Source: Candidatus Dojkabacteria bacterium (lineage in GTDB: Bacteria > Patescibacteriota > Dojkabacteria > SC72). Taken from it: a stretch of 41,743 nt of DNA. Below the pieces are notes generated by a model. That model saw only the letters and a list, made by a program, of their open reading frames with translations. It made no database searches and was not told the origin of the DNA. Positions 32,935 to 41,743 of this stretch are shown here, piece by piece; within the stretch, counting starts at the first letter, position 1; every line of letters starts with the position of its first letter. Location of the stretch: assembly GCA_035377085.1 (NCBI GenBank), contig DAOSSC010000001.1:1-41743 (forward strand). The letters are read 5' to 3'. The position numbers and the translations under genes are program-made.

Positions 32935-33876
32935 TTATTTGCAGTTTAATAATTGGTTGATAATCTCACAAGATATTTCTGCTACTCCTGTTGTTGTGTT
33001 TGTATTCCAGGAGATTGGTGCATCATTAAAGAAAATTTTTGTATTTGCAAGTCTTCCAGTGGTCACTCGAAAATTTCTTTCTACAGTAAAATTCTGTTTT
33101 GATGGTTGAACATTTTGTGAAATTTTATTTTGTCCATCTATATCTAGTTTTATCCATGCTACTGAGTTTGAGACCTCAAGTCGTAGGGTGTTTGTTTGTG
33201 GCTCCTCTTTTTCCACTATTTGTTCCTGTTCTTTTGTGTATGTAACTTTAAGAATTTCTGTTGATTCTAGAATTGTATTACTGTTTTTTCTTACAGTAAC
33301 AGTTATTAAGTTAACACCTTCCTTAAGGGTTAGCTCTTTTTCAAAAGTTCCATCATTATTTATTTTTACTGGAGAATCATTGATATCTAAAGAGGAGTTT
33401 TCCTCTGTTATACCTTTTATAGTTAAATATTGTGATGTTGTTGTAAGATTGTTCTGTGGTTCTGTTATTTGTAGCTTAGGAGGACTCTGAAAGTTATATA
33501 TCTGTATGCCTATGTATCCAATGACAAGTAGAAGAAAGAGTGCAATTGAAAGGGTTATGAAAAACTTTGGTGTAAAGAAAGACTTTTTAACTTTAAAAAG
33601 AGATTTACTTTTTGTTTTTAGATCATTTTTCTTTGCAGTTGGTTTACTTCTCCTAAAAAGAGCAAGCACTTTTGTGGAATCTAAATCTAGATATTGGGAA
33701 TATATTTTTATGAAACCAGTAAGGAATACATCGGAATCAAACTTTGAAAAGTCATTATCTTCTATATATCGCAGAAAACGAATTTGAATCTTTGTGTCTT
33801 CTGATACGGTTTCTAAGCTTTTACCTAGGGATTCTCTTTTAGATTTTAATACTTCTCCTGCTGTAATCATGACCAA
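32935..33876 (-). CDS. rodZ: RodZ-like protein (N-terminal HTH, one TM, C-terminal DUF4115-like domain)
   Basis: 313 aa. The HTH reads GEVLKSKRESLGKSLETVSEDTKIQIRFLRYIEDNDF. The TM is FFITLSIALFLLLVIGYIGI. The C-terminus reads LEVSNSVAWIKLDIDGQ...FRVTTGRLANTKIFFNDAPI. Confidence 0.65.
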   Translation of the reverse strand: MVMITAGEVLKSKRESLGKSLETVSEDTKIQIRFLRYIEDNDFSKFDSDVFLTGFIKIYSQYLDLDSTKVLALFRRSKPTAKKNDLKTKSKSLFKVKKSFFTPKFFITLSIALFLLLVIGYIGIQIYNFQSPPKLQITEPQNNLTTTSQYLTIKGITEENSSLDINDSPVKINNDGTFEKELTLKEGVNLITVTVRKNSNTILESTEILKVTYTKEQEQIVEKEEPQTNTLRLEVSNSVAWIKLDIDGQNKISQNVQPSKQNFTVERNFRVTTGRLANTKIFFNDAPISWNTNTTTGVAEISCEIINQLLNCK

Positions 33877-33885
33877 TTCTACTAC

Positions 33886-36108
33886 TTATTGAACATTCTC
33901 GTCATCATTTTTCTTCCCAAGTATCTGCGAAGCAGAAGAAACCAATACTTGTCTCGGTTTTACTCCATCTATCGGTCCTATTGCACCTGACTCGTAAAGC
34001 TGGTCTATGAGTCTCGCGGCTTTGTTGTATCCGATTTTCATTTTTCTTTGTAGGAAAGATGCTGAGATATGTTTGTTAAGTATTGCTATCTCAAGAGCTT
34101 TTGGAAAATCAGGATCTCTTTCTTCTCTGTTTGTACCATCACCTGTTTGTGGACCTTTTTCAATGGCTTGTGCTAAATCTTCTGAGTATTCAATCTCTTT
34201 TCCTTGAACTTTCTCTTTTATTGCGTTGATAACTGCATCATTATCTTCTGTAGAAGTATATGTCCCTTGGACTCTAATGGGTCTTGGTGTCGATTGATCT
34301 TTGAAAAGCATATCTCCGTTTCCAAGGAGAGTTTCTGCACCTGTATCGTCCAAGATTACTCTAGAATCCATAGCTGTTGCAACCGCAAATGCCATTCTTC
34401 CTGGAACATTTGCTTTGATGAGACCGGTTATTACATTGACTGTAGGTCTTTGAGTTGCAAGTATGAGGTGAACTCCTACAGCTCTTCCCATCTGTGCAAG
34501 TCTTTGGATTTTACCTTCTACATCTGCACCACAGGAGAGCATCAGGTCTGCCATTTCGTCTATTACTACTACTATATACGGCATAGCTACATACCCCATT
34601 TTCTTGTTGTATTCGGAAAGTTTTTTAGTATGGGCCTGTTTTAGCTGCCTGTATCTCTTAAACATTTCATTGATTGTCCATTGAAGTGCATTTACTACCA
34701 AATCCATATCTGTAATTACTGGATTTAGTAAATGTGGAATACCATTGTATGCTGCCATTTCTACACCCATTTTAGGGTCAATCATTATGAATTTGACCTC
34801 ATCTGGAGTTTTTGTCATGAGTAAGCCAGAAATTATGGAGTTTATAGCTACAGATTTTCCTGTACCTGTAGCACCTGCAACTAAGAGGTGTGGAATTTTA
34901 CCTAAATCTCGTATCATTGTTTTTCCAGAAATATCCTTTCCAAGGATTAAAGGTAGCTCATACTTATCTGGTTCTTTTCTCAGTCTTGCAATCATTTCTT
35001 TAATGTAAACGAAGTTTGGTGTTGGATTTGGAATCTCGACTCCGACAAAGGAAGTTCCTGGAATTGGAGCTTCAACTCTTACGGAAGATGTCTGAGATGC
35101 TAAGGCTAGTGCTAAATCGTTACTTAGATTTTTGACTCTAGATACCTTTGTTCCAGTACTAATACTTAAAGCGAACCTTAAAACAGTAGGTCCTACGGAT
35201 ATTTGAGCTACTTTTGCAGGAATTCCGAAGCTCTTCAAGGTTTGTTCTATAACTATGGCCTTATCTCTGTAAATCTGTTTGTTCTGTTTTTGGACCTCTA
35301 CATCTTGGAGTATATCTAGCGAAGGAAACTCCCAGTTTGGATATTTTGGCCTCTCAGGTTCTCTATCTTCCACCTTTGAATCTACCTGTCTAACTGCACT
35401 GTCAAAATCTTCTTCAGTAGAGATGCTCGGAGAGATTGGTTGAATTGGAGGCTCAATACCCTCTGAGAAAGCGTTATCCAGTCGTTTTTGGTCATCCTCC
35501 TCTGGTTCTCCCTCTATTATCTCCACATCCTTTTCATCTCCAAGAGAATCTTTCTTTGCAAAAAGAGAAAGAAGGTCGAAACCTTTTTCATCTTCTTTAT
35601 CTTTCTTTCCAGAAGATTCAAGAAAATCCCTTATCTGTTCCAATGTAGTTCCTGTAATTAAGGAGAAGGCTATTACCAAAAGAATCAAGACTATTATTAT
35701 CTCTATGAGGTCACCAACGAAATTATTAAGGCTCAAGTGTAGTATTTTACCAACTTCTCCACCGGCGCTTCTTAGCGAATCTGGATTATTTAACTGTTCC
35801 TCTACTTGCCAAAATGTAAGAAGAATACTAAGAGAAGCAGAAAAGAAAAAAAGTCCAAGTGCCTGTTTCAAGGATTTAAATTTTTTACTTTTTGTGAGAA
35901 GGAAAAAGGATATGTATAGTAGAAATAATCCCCATGCTATTGAAGAGTATCCAAGCGTAAGGGTTACTTGGTTAAAAAGTGGTGATGTAAGAGGCATAAA
36001 TGAGGCTATACCAATTGCTAAACCTAAAACAAACAGGATTATTCCTATCAATATTTTTGTTTCGCCACTCTGAATAGTAAGTTTTTCTTTTTTCTTTGGT
36101 CTGGGCAT
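33886..36108 (-). CDS. ftsK: DNA translocase FtsK/SpoIIIE
   Basis: 740 aa: N-terminal TM helices, an acidic linker, and a motor with Walker A LVAGATGTGKSVAINS and Walker B VVVIDEMADLM. The C-terminal winged-helix gamma domain reads SASFLQRKMKIGYNKAARLIDQL. Confidence 0.9.
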   Translation of the reverse strand: MPRPKKKEKLTIQSGETKILIGIILFVLGLAIGIASFMPLTSPLFNQVTLTLGYSSIAWGLFLLYISFFLLTKSKKFKSLKQALGLFFFSASLSILLTFWQVEEQLNNPDSLRSAGGEVGKILHLSLNNFVGDLIEIIIVLILLVIAFSLITGTTLEQIRDFLESSGKKDKEDEKGFDLLSLFAKKDSLGDEKDVEIIEGEPEEDDQKRLDNAFSEGIEPPIQPISPSISTEEDFDSAVRQVDSKVEDREPERPKYPNWEFPSLDILQDVEVQKQNKQIYRDKAIVIEQTLKSFGIPAKVAQISVGPTVLRFALSISTGTKVSRVKNLSNDLALALASQTSSVRVEAPIPGTSFVGVEIPNPTPNFVYIKEMIARLRKEPDKYELPLILGKDISGKTMIRDLGKIPHLLVAGATGTGKSVAINSIISGLLMTKTPDEVKFIMIDPKMGVEMAAYNGIPHLLNPVITDMDLVVNALQWTINEMFKRYRQLKQAHTKKLSEYNKKMGYVAMPYIVVVIDEMADLMLSCGADVEGKIQRLAQMGRAVGVHLILATQRPTVNVITGLIKANVPGRMAFAVATAMDSRVILDDTGAETLLGNGDMLFKDQSTPRPIRVQGTYTSTEDNDAVINAIKEKVQGKEIEYSEDLAQAIEKGPQTGDGTNREERDPDFPKALEIAILNKHISASFLQRKMKIGYNKAARLIDQLYESGAIGPIDGVKPRQVLVSSASQILGKKNDDENVQ

Positions 36109-36228
36109 TTGTTTATTATATAATAAATAATAAGATAATAAGAAGTTTTTTACAAAGACTAAAATATGATATATAAATATAGTCCAAAGGTCTAGTGTAA
36201 AATAATATATTAATTATGCCAAAAACCT

Positions 36229-36257
36229 TTGACTAATGGTGCTAAATATGATAACAT
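36229..36257 (+). promoter_or_regulatory. Candidate sigma-70 promoter for rpoBC
   Basis: TTGACT, a 17-nt spacer, then TAACAT. This would give a leader of roughly 110 nt. Confidence 0.35.
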
Positions 36258-36340
36258 CCTTCGAGTTCCGTTGTTTTTGCTTACAACGCGATGTTTTTTG
36301 TATGGCTCGCATGAGTCATAAACATAAAAGCTTGTAAGGA

Positions 36341-36356
36341 TAATGTTATAACATTA
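36341..36356. repeat. Perfect 16-bp palindrome 18 nt upstream of the rpoB start
   Basis: TAATGTTATAACATTA is its own reverse complement. Confidence 0.6.
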
Positions 36357-36373
36357 AGTATAAATATCGCTTT

Positions 36374-39300
36374 ATGATTAAACCTCAACGCAATAAGGCC
36401 GGAAGATTAGATTTGGGACTAAACTATTCCGGTGGGATTGAATTTCCTAACCTGATTGAAGCTCAGATTATTTCTTTTAAAGATTTCTACGAAAATGGTT
36501 TCCAAAGACTTTTTGCCGATATTAATCCTGTTAAGGATAATATGGAAAAAATGTGGACTTTGGAATTTAAAGATTTCAGGTATGGTCAACCATATAGAAC
36601 TATTGAAGAAGCAATAACAAAAGGCCTTTCTTATGAAGTTCCAGTGTATGCAAAAGTACAACTTCTAAATAATAAAACAGGAGAAATTAAAGAGCAGGAA
36701 ATATTCATTACAGATCTTCCAGTAATGACAGACGATGGAGTTTTTGTATTCAATGGAGTAAGAAGAGTTGTAACACATCAGATAGTAAGAGCTGAGGGAG
36801 TTTTGTACGAGGAATCAGACAAATTACCAACTAGAACATTACATAAGGTTAGACTTATGCCGGGAAGAGGTCCATGGTATGAAATTGATACTAATAAACA
36901 TAATGTTATCTCTATGAGAATTCTTCCTAAGAGACCAAAGGTCTTGATAACTGAGCTTTTAAGAGTTCTTGGATGGGAAACAGATGATGAAATTAGAAAG
37001 CTTTTTGCAGATGTAGATACACATAATGAATACAAATATATAGAGTCTACCTTGGCAAGAGATTTTACAAAGAATAAAGAAGAGGCAGTTATAAGTATCT
37101 ATAACAAATTAAGGCCAGATGAATCAGTAACACTAGAAAGTGCAGAGAAATATATTAAGAGTAACTTCTTCAATATTAGAAAATTTGACTTAGGAAAGAT
37201 TGGAAGATACCAATTAAATAGAAAATTAGGAACTACATGTGATATCAACAAACCAGAAGAGGTTATGTTGTATCCTAAAGATCTCGTATTAATAGTAAAG
37301 AGATTAATTCAAATTAACAATGGTGTTCTTCCTGCCGATGACATAGATCATCTATGTAACAGAAGAATTAGAAGTGTAGGAGAAATACTGGAGAGACAAT
37401 TAAATGCAGGTGTCAGAAGACTAGAAAAGAATATTAAAGATAAAATGAGTTTGTATGGACAAGATGCAAAGGTTACTCCTTCTATGCTTGTAGGTACAAA
37501 ACCAATTGCTGCATCCATTCAGTCATTCTTTGGAGCAAATGCGCTTTCAACATTCATGGAACAGACAAATATTCTTTCTGAATTAGAAAATAAGAGAAAA
37601 GTAACCGCAGGTGGACCTGGAGGTATTTCTAAAGACAGAGCGACATTTTCTATCAGAGAGGTACATAATTCTCAGTATTCTAAATTTGACCCAGTAACCA
37701 GTCCAGAGAGTGCAAGTATTGGTGTTGTTACACAGTTGGCAATGTTAGCAAAAATAAATGAATTTGGATTTCTTTCTGCACCTTACAGAAAAGTTTTACA
37801 TGAGGTACAGAATAACAAGGTCAGACTATTAAATAAAGTTGCTACAGAAGATATTAAAGTTGGTAAAAAGATTTTGGTTAAAGCTGGAGAACTTCTTACA
37901 GAAGAATTAGTAAAGAAAATTACTGAGCAAAAAGAAATTAAAAATGTAAAAGTAAAACCATTCATAGATAATGAAGTAGTTTACTTCGATGCTATGGAAG
38001 AAGAGGATCATTTCATTTCCACAGCTACTATTAGTACAGATGAATTTGGAAATATTCAAGATACGATTGTACCAGTCAGACATAAAGGTGACTTTATGCT
38101 CGAAGATGTAAATACAGTAGACTATGTAGATCTTCTAGCAAGTCAGCAAGCAGGCTTGGGTATGGCTTTAGTACCATTTGTTTCTCACAACGATGCTATG
38201 AGAGCCTTAGTAGGTGCAAACCAACAAAGGCAGGCAGTCCCTCTTGTAAAACAGGAGTCTCCGTTAATAGGCACAGGATTGGAAGAGGTCGTTGCAAAGC
38301 AGTCACTCTGGGGAATTTACGCAGAAGATGAAGGAGAAGTTTACTATGTGGATGCAAGAAAAATGTCCGTTAAATACAAAAAGCTTGGAGTAAAAGATTA
38401 CAATCTTGTTTCCTTCTACAGGAGTAATGACAACAGAAGTTTCTCTCAGAAGCCAGTATTAAATGTAGGAGACAAATTTAAAAAAGATGACATTCTTGTA
38501 GATGGTCCAACGATGGTCAACGGTGAGCTTGCTTTGGGTATCAACCTTAAAGCTGCACTCATGTTCTACGAAGGATACAACTACGAGGATTCAGTAATAA
38601 TCTCTGAGAGAATTGTAAGAGACGATCTTTTAACATCTGTACATATTAGAGAGTATCAGGTAGAAATTAGAGATACAGAACTAGGTCCAGAAGTAATCAC
38701 AGCAGATATCCCACATGTAAATGACAGAATACTTCAGAAATTAGATGCACAAGGAATTGTAAGAAATGGTGTTAGAGTTAAATCTGGAGATATATTGGTA
38801 GGTGTAGTTGCCCCAAGAGGAGAAAAAGAGCTAACAGCAGAAGAGAGACTCCTACGAGCAATTTTTGGAGAATCTGCAAGTGATGTTAGAGATAACTCTT
38901 TGCGAATTCCACATGGAGAAGACGGAATTGTAATCAGAAGTCAGATACTTTCTGCAGACAAAGGAGACAAACTTTCTCCAGGAGTTTTGCAAGAGGTAAA
39001 AGTATGGGTAGCAAATACAAAGAAAATTAACTTCGGAGATAAAATAGCAGGAAGACACGGAGACAAAAATACTGTTGCAGCTATTAGACCTATCGAAGAT
39101 ATGCCTTTCACAGAAGATGGAGAGCCAGTAGATTTAGTCTTAACTCCTACATTCCTAAAAAGAATGAACATGGGACAGGCTCAAGAAATTCATTATGGAA
39201 GATATGCAAAAGAATTGGGAGAAAAATTGGCATTCCCAATCTTTGAGGGAAAGAATGATGAGTGGTTAGAGGCTGAATTAAAGAAACATGGACTTGAGAT

Positions 39301-39760
39301 GAATGAGAAGATTACCTTGTATGATGGAAGAACAGGAAAGAAGTTCCCAAGACAGATTGCTGTAGGAATCAAATATGTACTTAAACTTCATCACATTGCA
39401 GATGAGAAAGTACATGCAAGATCTACAGGACCATACACTGCAGTATCTCAACAACCGCTTGGTGGAAAAGCACAAATGGGAGGACAGAGATTTGGAGAAA
39501 TGGAAGTCTGGGCACTAGAATCACATGGAGCACCTTATGCTCTTCAGGAGATGTTAACCATCAAATCTGACGATGTGAAGGGAAGATCTGCTGCTTACAA
39601 AGCGATCATTCACGGAGAAAAAATAGAGAATGTAAATATCCCAGAGTCTTTCAAAGTACTCTCTAAGGAATTTAATGCTCTATGTTTGAATATGGATTTA
39701 ATTTCAAGTAAATCTTCGACAGAAGAAGAGGAGGTAGCACAAAATGAAGAAAATATTTAA
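36374..39760 (+). CDS. rpoB: DNA-directed RNA polymerase beta subunit
   Basis: 1128 aa reading FPNLIEAQIISFKDF...RRIRSVGE...GPGGIS...NSQYSKFDPVTSPES...GRHGDKNTV...PLGGKAQMGGQRFGEMEVWALE. Confidence 0.95.
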   Translation: MIKPQRNKAGRLDLGLNYSGGIEFPNLIEAQIISFKDFYENGFQRLFADINPVKDNMEKMWTLEFKDFRYGQPYRTIEEAITKGLSYEVPVYAKVQLLNNKTGEIKEQEIFITDLPVMTDDGVFVFNGVRRVVTHQIVRAEGVLYEESDKLPTRTLHKVRLMPGRGPWYEIDTNKHNVISMRILPKRPKVLITELLRVLGWETDDEIRKLFADVDTHNEYKYIESTLARDFTKNKEEAVISIYNKLRPDESVTLESAEKYIKSNFFNIRKFDLGKIGRYQLNRKLGTTCDINKPEEVMLYPKDLVLIVKRLIQINNGVLPADDIDHLCNRRIRSVGEILERQLNAGVRRLEKNIKDKMSLYGQDAKVTPSMLVGTKPIAASIQSFFGANALSTFMEQTNILSELENKRKVTAGGPGGISKDRATFSIREVHNSQYSKFDPVTSPESASIGVVTQLAMLAKINEFGFLSAPYRKVLHEVQNNKVRLLNKVATEDIKVGKKILVKAGELLTEELVKKITEQKEIKNVKVKPFIDNEVVYFDAMEEEDHFISTATISTDEFGNIQDTIVPVRHKGDFMLEDVNTVDYVDLLASQQAGLGMALVPFVSHNDAMRALVGANQQRQAVPLVKQESPLIGTGLEEVVAKQSLWGIYAEDEGEVYYVDARKMSVKYKKLGVKDYNLVSFYRSNDNRSFSQKPVLNVGDKFKKDDILVDGPTMVNGELALGINLKAALMFYEGYNYEDSVIISERIVRDDLLTSVHIREYQVEIRDTELGPEVITADIPHVNDRILQKLDAQGIVRNGVRVKSGDILVGVVAPRGEKELTAEERLLRAIFGESASDVRDNSLRIPHGEDGIVIRSQILSADKGDKLSPGVLQEVKVWVANTKKINFGDKIAGRHGDKNTVAAIRPIEDMPFTEDGEPVDLVLTPTFLKRMNMGQAQEIHYGRYAKELGEKLAFPIFEGKNDEWLEAELKKHGLEMNEKITLYDGRTGKKFPRQIAVGIKYVLKLHHIADEKVHARSTGPYTAVSQQPLGGKAQMGGQRFGEMEVWALESHGAPYALQEMLTIKSDDVKGRSAAYKAIIHGEKIENVNIPESFKVLSKEFNALCLNMDLISSKSSTEEEEVAQNEENI

Positions 39761-41743
39761 CGAGAAGAAAAATCTAAACGAAGTAGATATATTGAAGCTT
39801 ACATTAGCTTCTCCAGAACAGATTCTTAACTGGTCTTACGGAGAGGTTACAAAAGCAGAAACAATTAACTATCGTACATTTAGAGCAGAACCAGATGGTC
39901 TTTTCTGTGAGAAGATATTTGGACCAACCAAGAACTATGAATGCTACTGTGGCAAATACAAGAAAATTAGATATAAGGGAATTGTTTGTGACAAGTGTGG
40001 GGTAGAGGTTACAACTCAGGATGTAAGAAGAGAAAGAATGGGTCACATAGAACTCTGTGTCCCTGTAGCACATGTATGGTTTGCATATGGTATTCCAAAC
40101 AAGATGTCCATTGTCTTAAACATATCTCATAAAAAACTTCTTTCAGTAATCTACTACACAAGATATATGGTAGTAAATGTTGAGAAAAACAGAAAAACAG
40201 AAATAATAGAAAAAGCTAATGCACAGAGAGAGGGAGAGATTACATCTCTAAGCACTCAGTTAGAAGAAGAGTTAAAAATGACTGGTGAGATGTATGATGA
40301 ACAAATTAAAGAAATTAAAAAGAAGAAAGAGAAGAACTCTGAATTCAAGATTAGTCAGGTTGAGCACAGTAGAAAACAGAGTTTAGCAAAGATTAGAAGG
40401 GAATTTGCAGAGAAAGAGGAAGAGATAGATTCTTTCTATACAAGAATTCTACAGGTTATTGAGAAATTGAAGGTAGGAACAGTTCTTTCTGAAGATGAAT
40501 ATATGGATTTAGAGGAGAGAGACCTACTCTTCTTTGAAGCTATGATGGGTGCGGAGGCAATTAAAAAACTTCTTGAGAACTTAGATTTAGAAAAAGAGAC
40601 TGGTAAATTAAGAAAGAGAGCTGAAAAAGAAAAAGGTGAGAGAAAGTTAGCCACAATAAGGAGAATACAATACCTAGAAGGGTTTAAGAAGAACAATTTG
40701 AATCCAGGATGGATGATAATCACGATTCTTCCAGTTCTACCTCCAGAGCTAAGACCAATTATTCCTTTGTCAGGTGGTAAATTTGCAACTTCGGATTTAA
40801 ATGACCTGTACAGAAGAATTATTAACAGAAACAACCGTTTAAGAAGATTAATTGAAATTGGAGCACCAGATGTAATTCTTAGAAATGAGAAAAGAATGCT
40901 TCAGGAGTCTGTAGATGCATTGATAGACAACTCACATAGACCTTCCAAGGCTATGATGAATAACAAGAGATTGCCATACCAGTCACTTACAGATGATTTA
41001 AGAGGAAAGAAAGGTATATTCAGAAAGAACCTTCTTGGAAAACGAGTTGATTACTCGGGACGTGCAGTTATCGATGGAGATCCAAGTTTGAAGTTTGACC
41101 AATGTGGACTTCCAAAATCTGTTGCGCTGGAAATGTTTAAACCATTTGTAATACAACAATTACTCGCCAGAGAGATTGCTCCAAATGTAAGAATGGCAAA
41201 GGAAATGATAGAAGAAGAGCAAGATTTCATCTGGGATATATTAGAGGAAATTATTAAGAACAAACCTGTGCTCCTAAATCGTGCACCTACACTTCATAAG
41301 TATAGTGTACAGGGTTTCTATCCAAAACTTGTAGAAGGAGAAGCTATCAGAATACACCCATTGGTATGTAAAGCATTTAATGCTGACTTCGATGGAGACC
41401 AGATGGCTGTCCATATTCTTCTGACCGATGAGGCCAGGAAAGAAGCTGAAAAAGAAATGATGTCTTCAAAGAGCATTGTAAATATCTCCAACGGTCAGGT
41501 ACTAGCAAGTCCTGCAAAAGATATGTTACTGGGTTTTTATCTAATGACAGACTTTGAAGCCAAGAAGAATCCAAAAGCATATGAATCTGCAGATAGTGCT
41601 GTAAAAGCATATGAAAGAGAGTTAATAAGTATAAAGGAAGAAATAATAGTAAGAGCAAAAGGAGAAAGACTTAATACATCTGTTGGTAGAGTAATATTTA
41701 ATAGTATTCTTCCAGACGATTACAAATTCATAAATGATAGAGT
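39744..41743 (+). CDS. rpoC: DNA-directed RNA polymerase beta-prime subunit, 5' part (open at the window end; absent from the ORF track)
   Basis: The ATG at 39744 overlaps the rpoB end by 17 nt. Translation gives MKKIFNEKKN...FGPTKNYECYCGKYKKIRYKGIVCDKCGVEVT (zinc motif), ...LPVLPPELRP..., ...RAPTLHKYSVQGF... and the catalytic NADFDGDQMAVH at 41379-41414. Confidence 0.95.
   Translation, partial: MKKIFNEKKNLNEVDILKLTLASPEQILNWSYGEVTKAETINYRTFRAEPDGLFCEKIFGPTKNYECYCGKYKKIRYKGIVCDKCGVEVTTQDVRRERMGHIELCVPVAHVWFAYGIPNKMSIVLNISHKKLLSVIYYTRYMVVNVEKNRKTEIIEKANAQREGEITSLSTQLEEELKMTGEMYDEQIKEIKKKKEKNSEFKISQVEHSRKQSLAKIRREFAEKEEEIDSFYTRILQVIEKLKVGTVLSEDEYMDLEERDLLFFEAMMGAEAIKKLLENLDLEKETGKLRKRAEKEKGERKLATIRRIQYLEGFKKNNLNPGWMIITILPVLPPELRPIIPLSGGKFATSDLNDLYRRIINRNNRLRRLIEIGAPDVILRNEKRMLQESVDALIDNSHRPSKAMMNNKRLPYQSLTDDLRGKKGIFRKNLLGKRVDYSGRAVIDGDPSLKFDQCGLPKSVALEMFKPFVIQQLLAREIAPNVRMAKEMIEEEQDFIWDILEEIIKNKPVLLNRAPTLHKYSVQGFYPKLVEGEAIRIHPLVCKAFNADFDGDQMAVHILLTDEARKEAEKEMMSSKSIVNISNGQVLASPAKDMLLGFYLMTDFEAKKNPKAYESADSAVKAYERELISIKEEIIVRAKGERLNTSVGRVIFNSILPDDYKFINDR

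Noticed and set aside
1-41743. Alternative genetic code with UGA recoding, as in some candidate phyla.
   Set aside because: Long conserved genes (rpoB, rpoC, valS, dnaA, ftsK) are uninterrupted under the standard code. TGA serves as a plausible stop at 470-472 and 3933-3935.
1-41743. CRISPR arrays, tandem repeats or known defence, toxin-antitoxin or mobile modules.
   Set aside because: No regularly spaced direct repeats were seen in the few intergenic regions. No ORF shows nuclease, Cas, transposase, reverse-transcriptase or toxin motifs that I could recognise.

Overview
This is an AT-rich, very tightly packed bacterial chromosome segment centred on the replication origin. It is almost entirely housekeeping. 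I saw no CRISPR array, transposase, integrase, prophage or recognisable defence genes.

Features in order:
- A complete tmRNA, a SpoU/TrmH methyltransferase, several small membrane proteins, a type IV pilin-like gene and tRNA-Ser(CGA).
- An orphan OmpR-like regulator.
- dnaN, a cluster of DnaA boxes (putative oriC) and dnaA, diverging from rpmH-rnpA-yidD-yidC-jag.
- An O-antigen-ligase-like gene, tRNA-Ser(GGA) and tRNA-Arg(TCT).
- A minus-strand operon of RNase J, an FtsA-like ATPase and a 610-aa bitopic protein.
- valS, a 282-nt spacer, and metG.
- A PilN/PilO-like trio, rpoD and a small zinc-ribbon gene.
- A long minus-strand gene string: ftsK, rodZ-like, dnaG, a SAM methyltransferase, rsmA and a four-gene envelope module.
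- rpoB and the 5' two thirds of rpoC. rpoC is open at the window end and is missing from the ORF track.

The standard genetic code fits. Short or overlapping gene junctions, truncated aaRS C-termini and many lineage-specific membrane proteins suggest a reduced-genome bacterium of the CPR/Patescibacteria type. That placement is inference only.

Candidates for undescribed biology:
1. The FtsA-like gene is translationally coupled to a 610-aa membrane protein where ftsZ would normally sit.
2. In the envelope module, the PNPT (WecA/MraY-like) and SDR-like domains appear to have lost canonical catalytic motifs. The SDR-like domain is fused to a DUF4012-like ectodomain.
3. The receiver of the OmpR-type regulator lacks all phosphorylation residues, and the gene abuts the origin.
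4. The valS-metG spacer carries a 15-nt copy of the 16S rRNA 3' tail and a Met-rich mini-ORF overlapping the metG start.

All domain calls are by-eye motif recognition. None was checked against a database.
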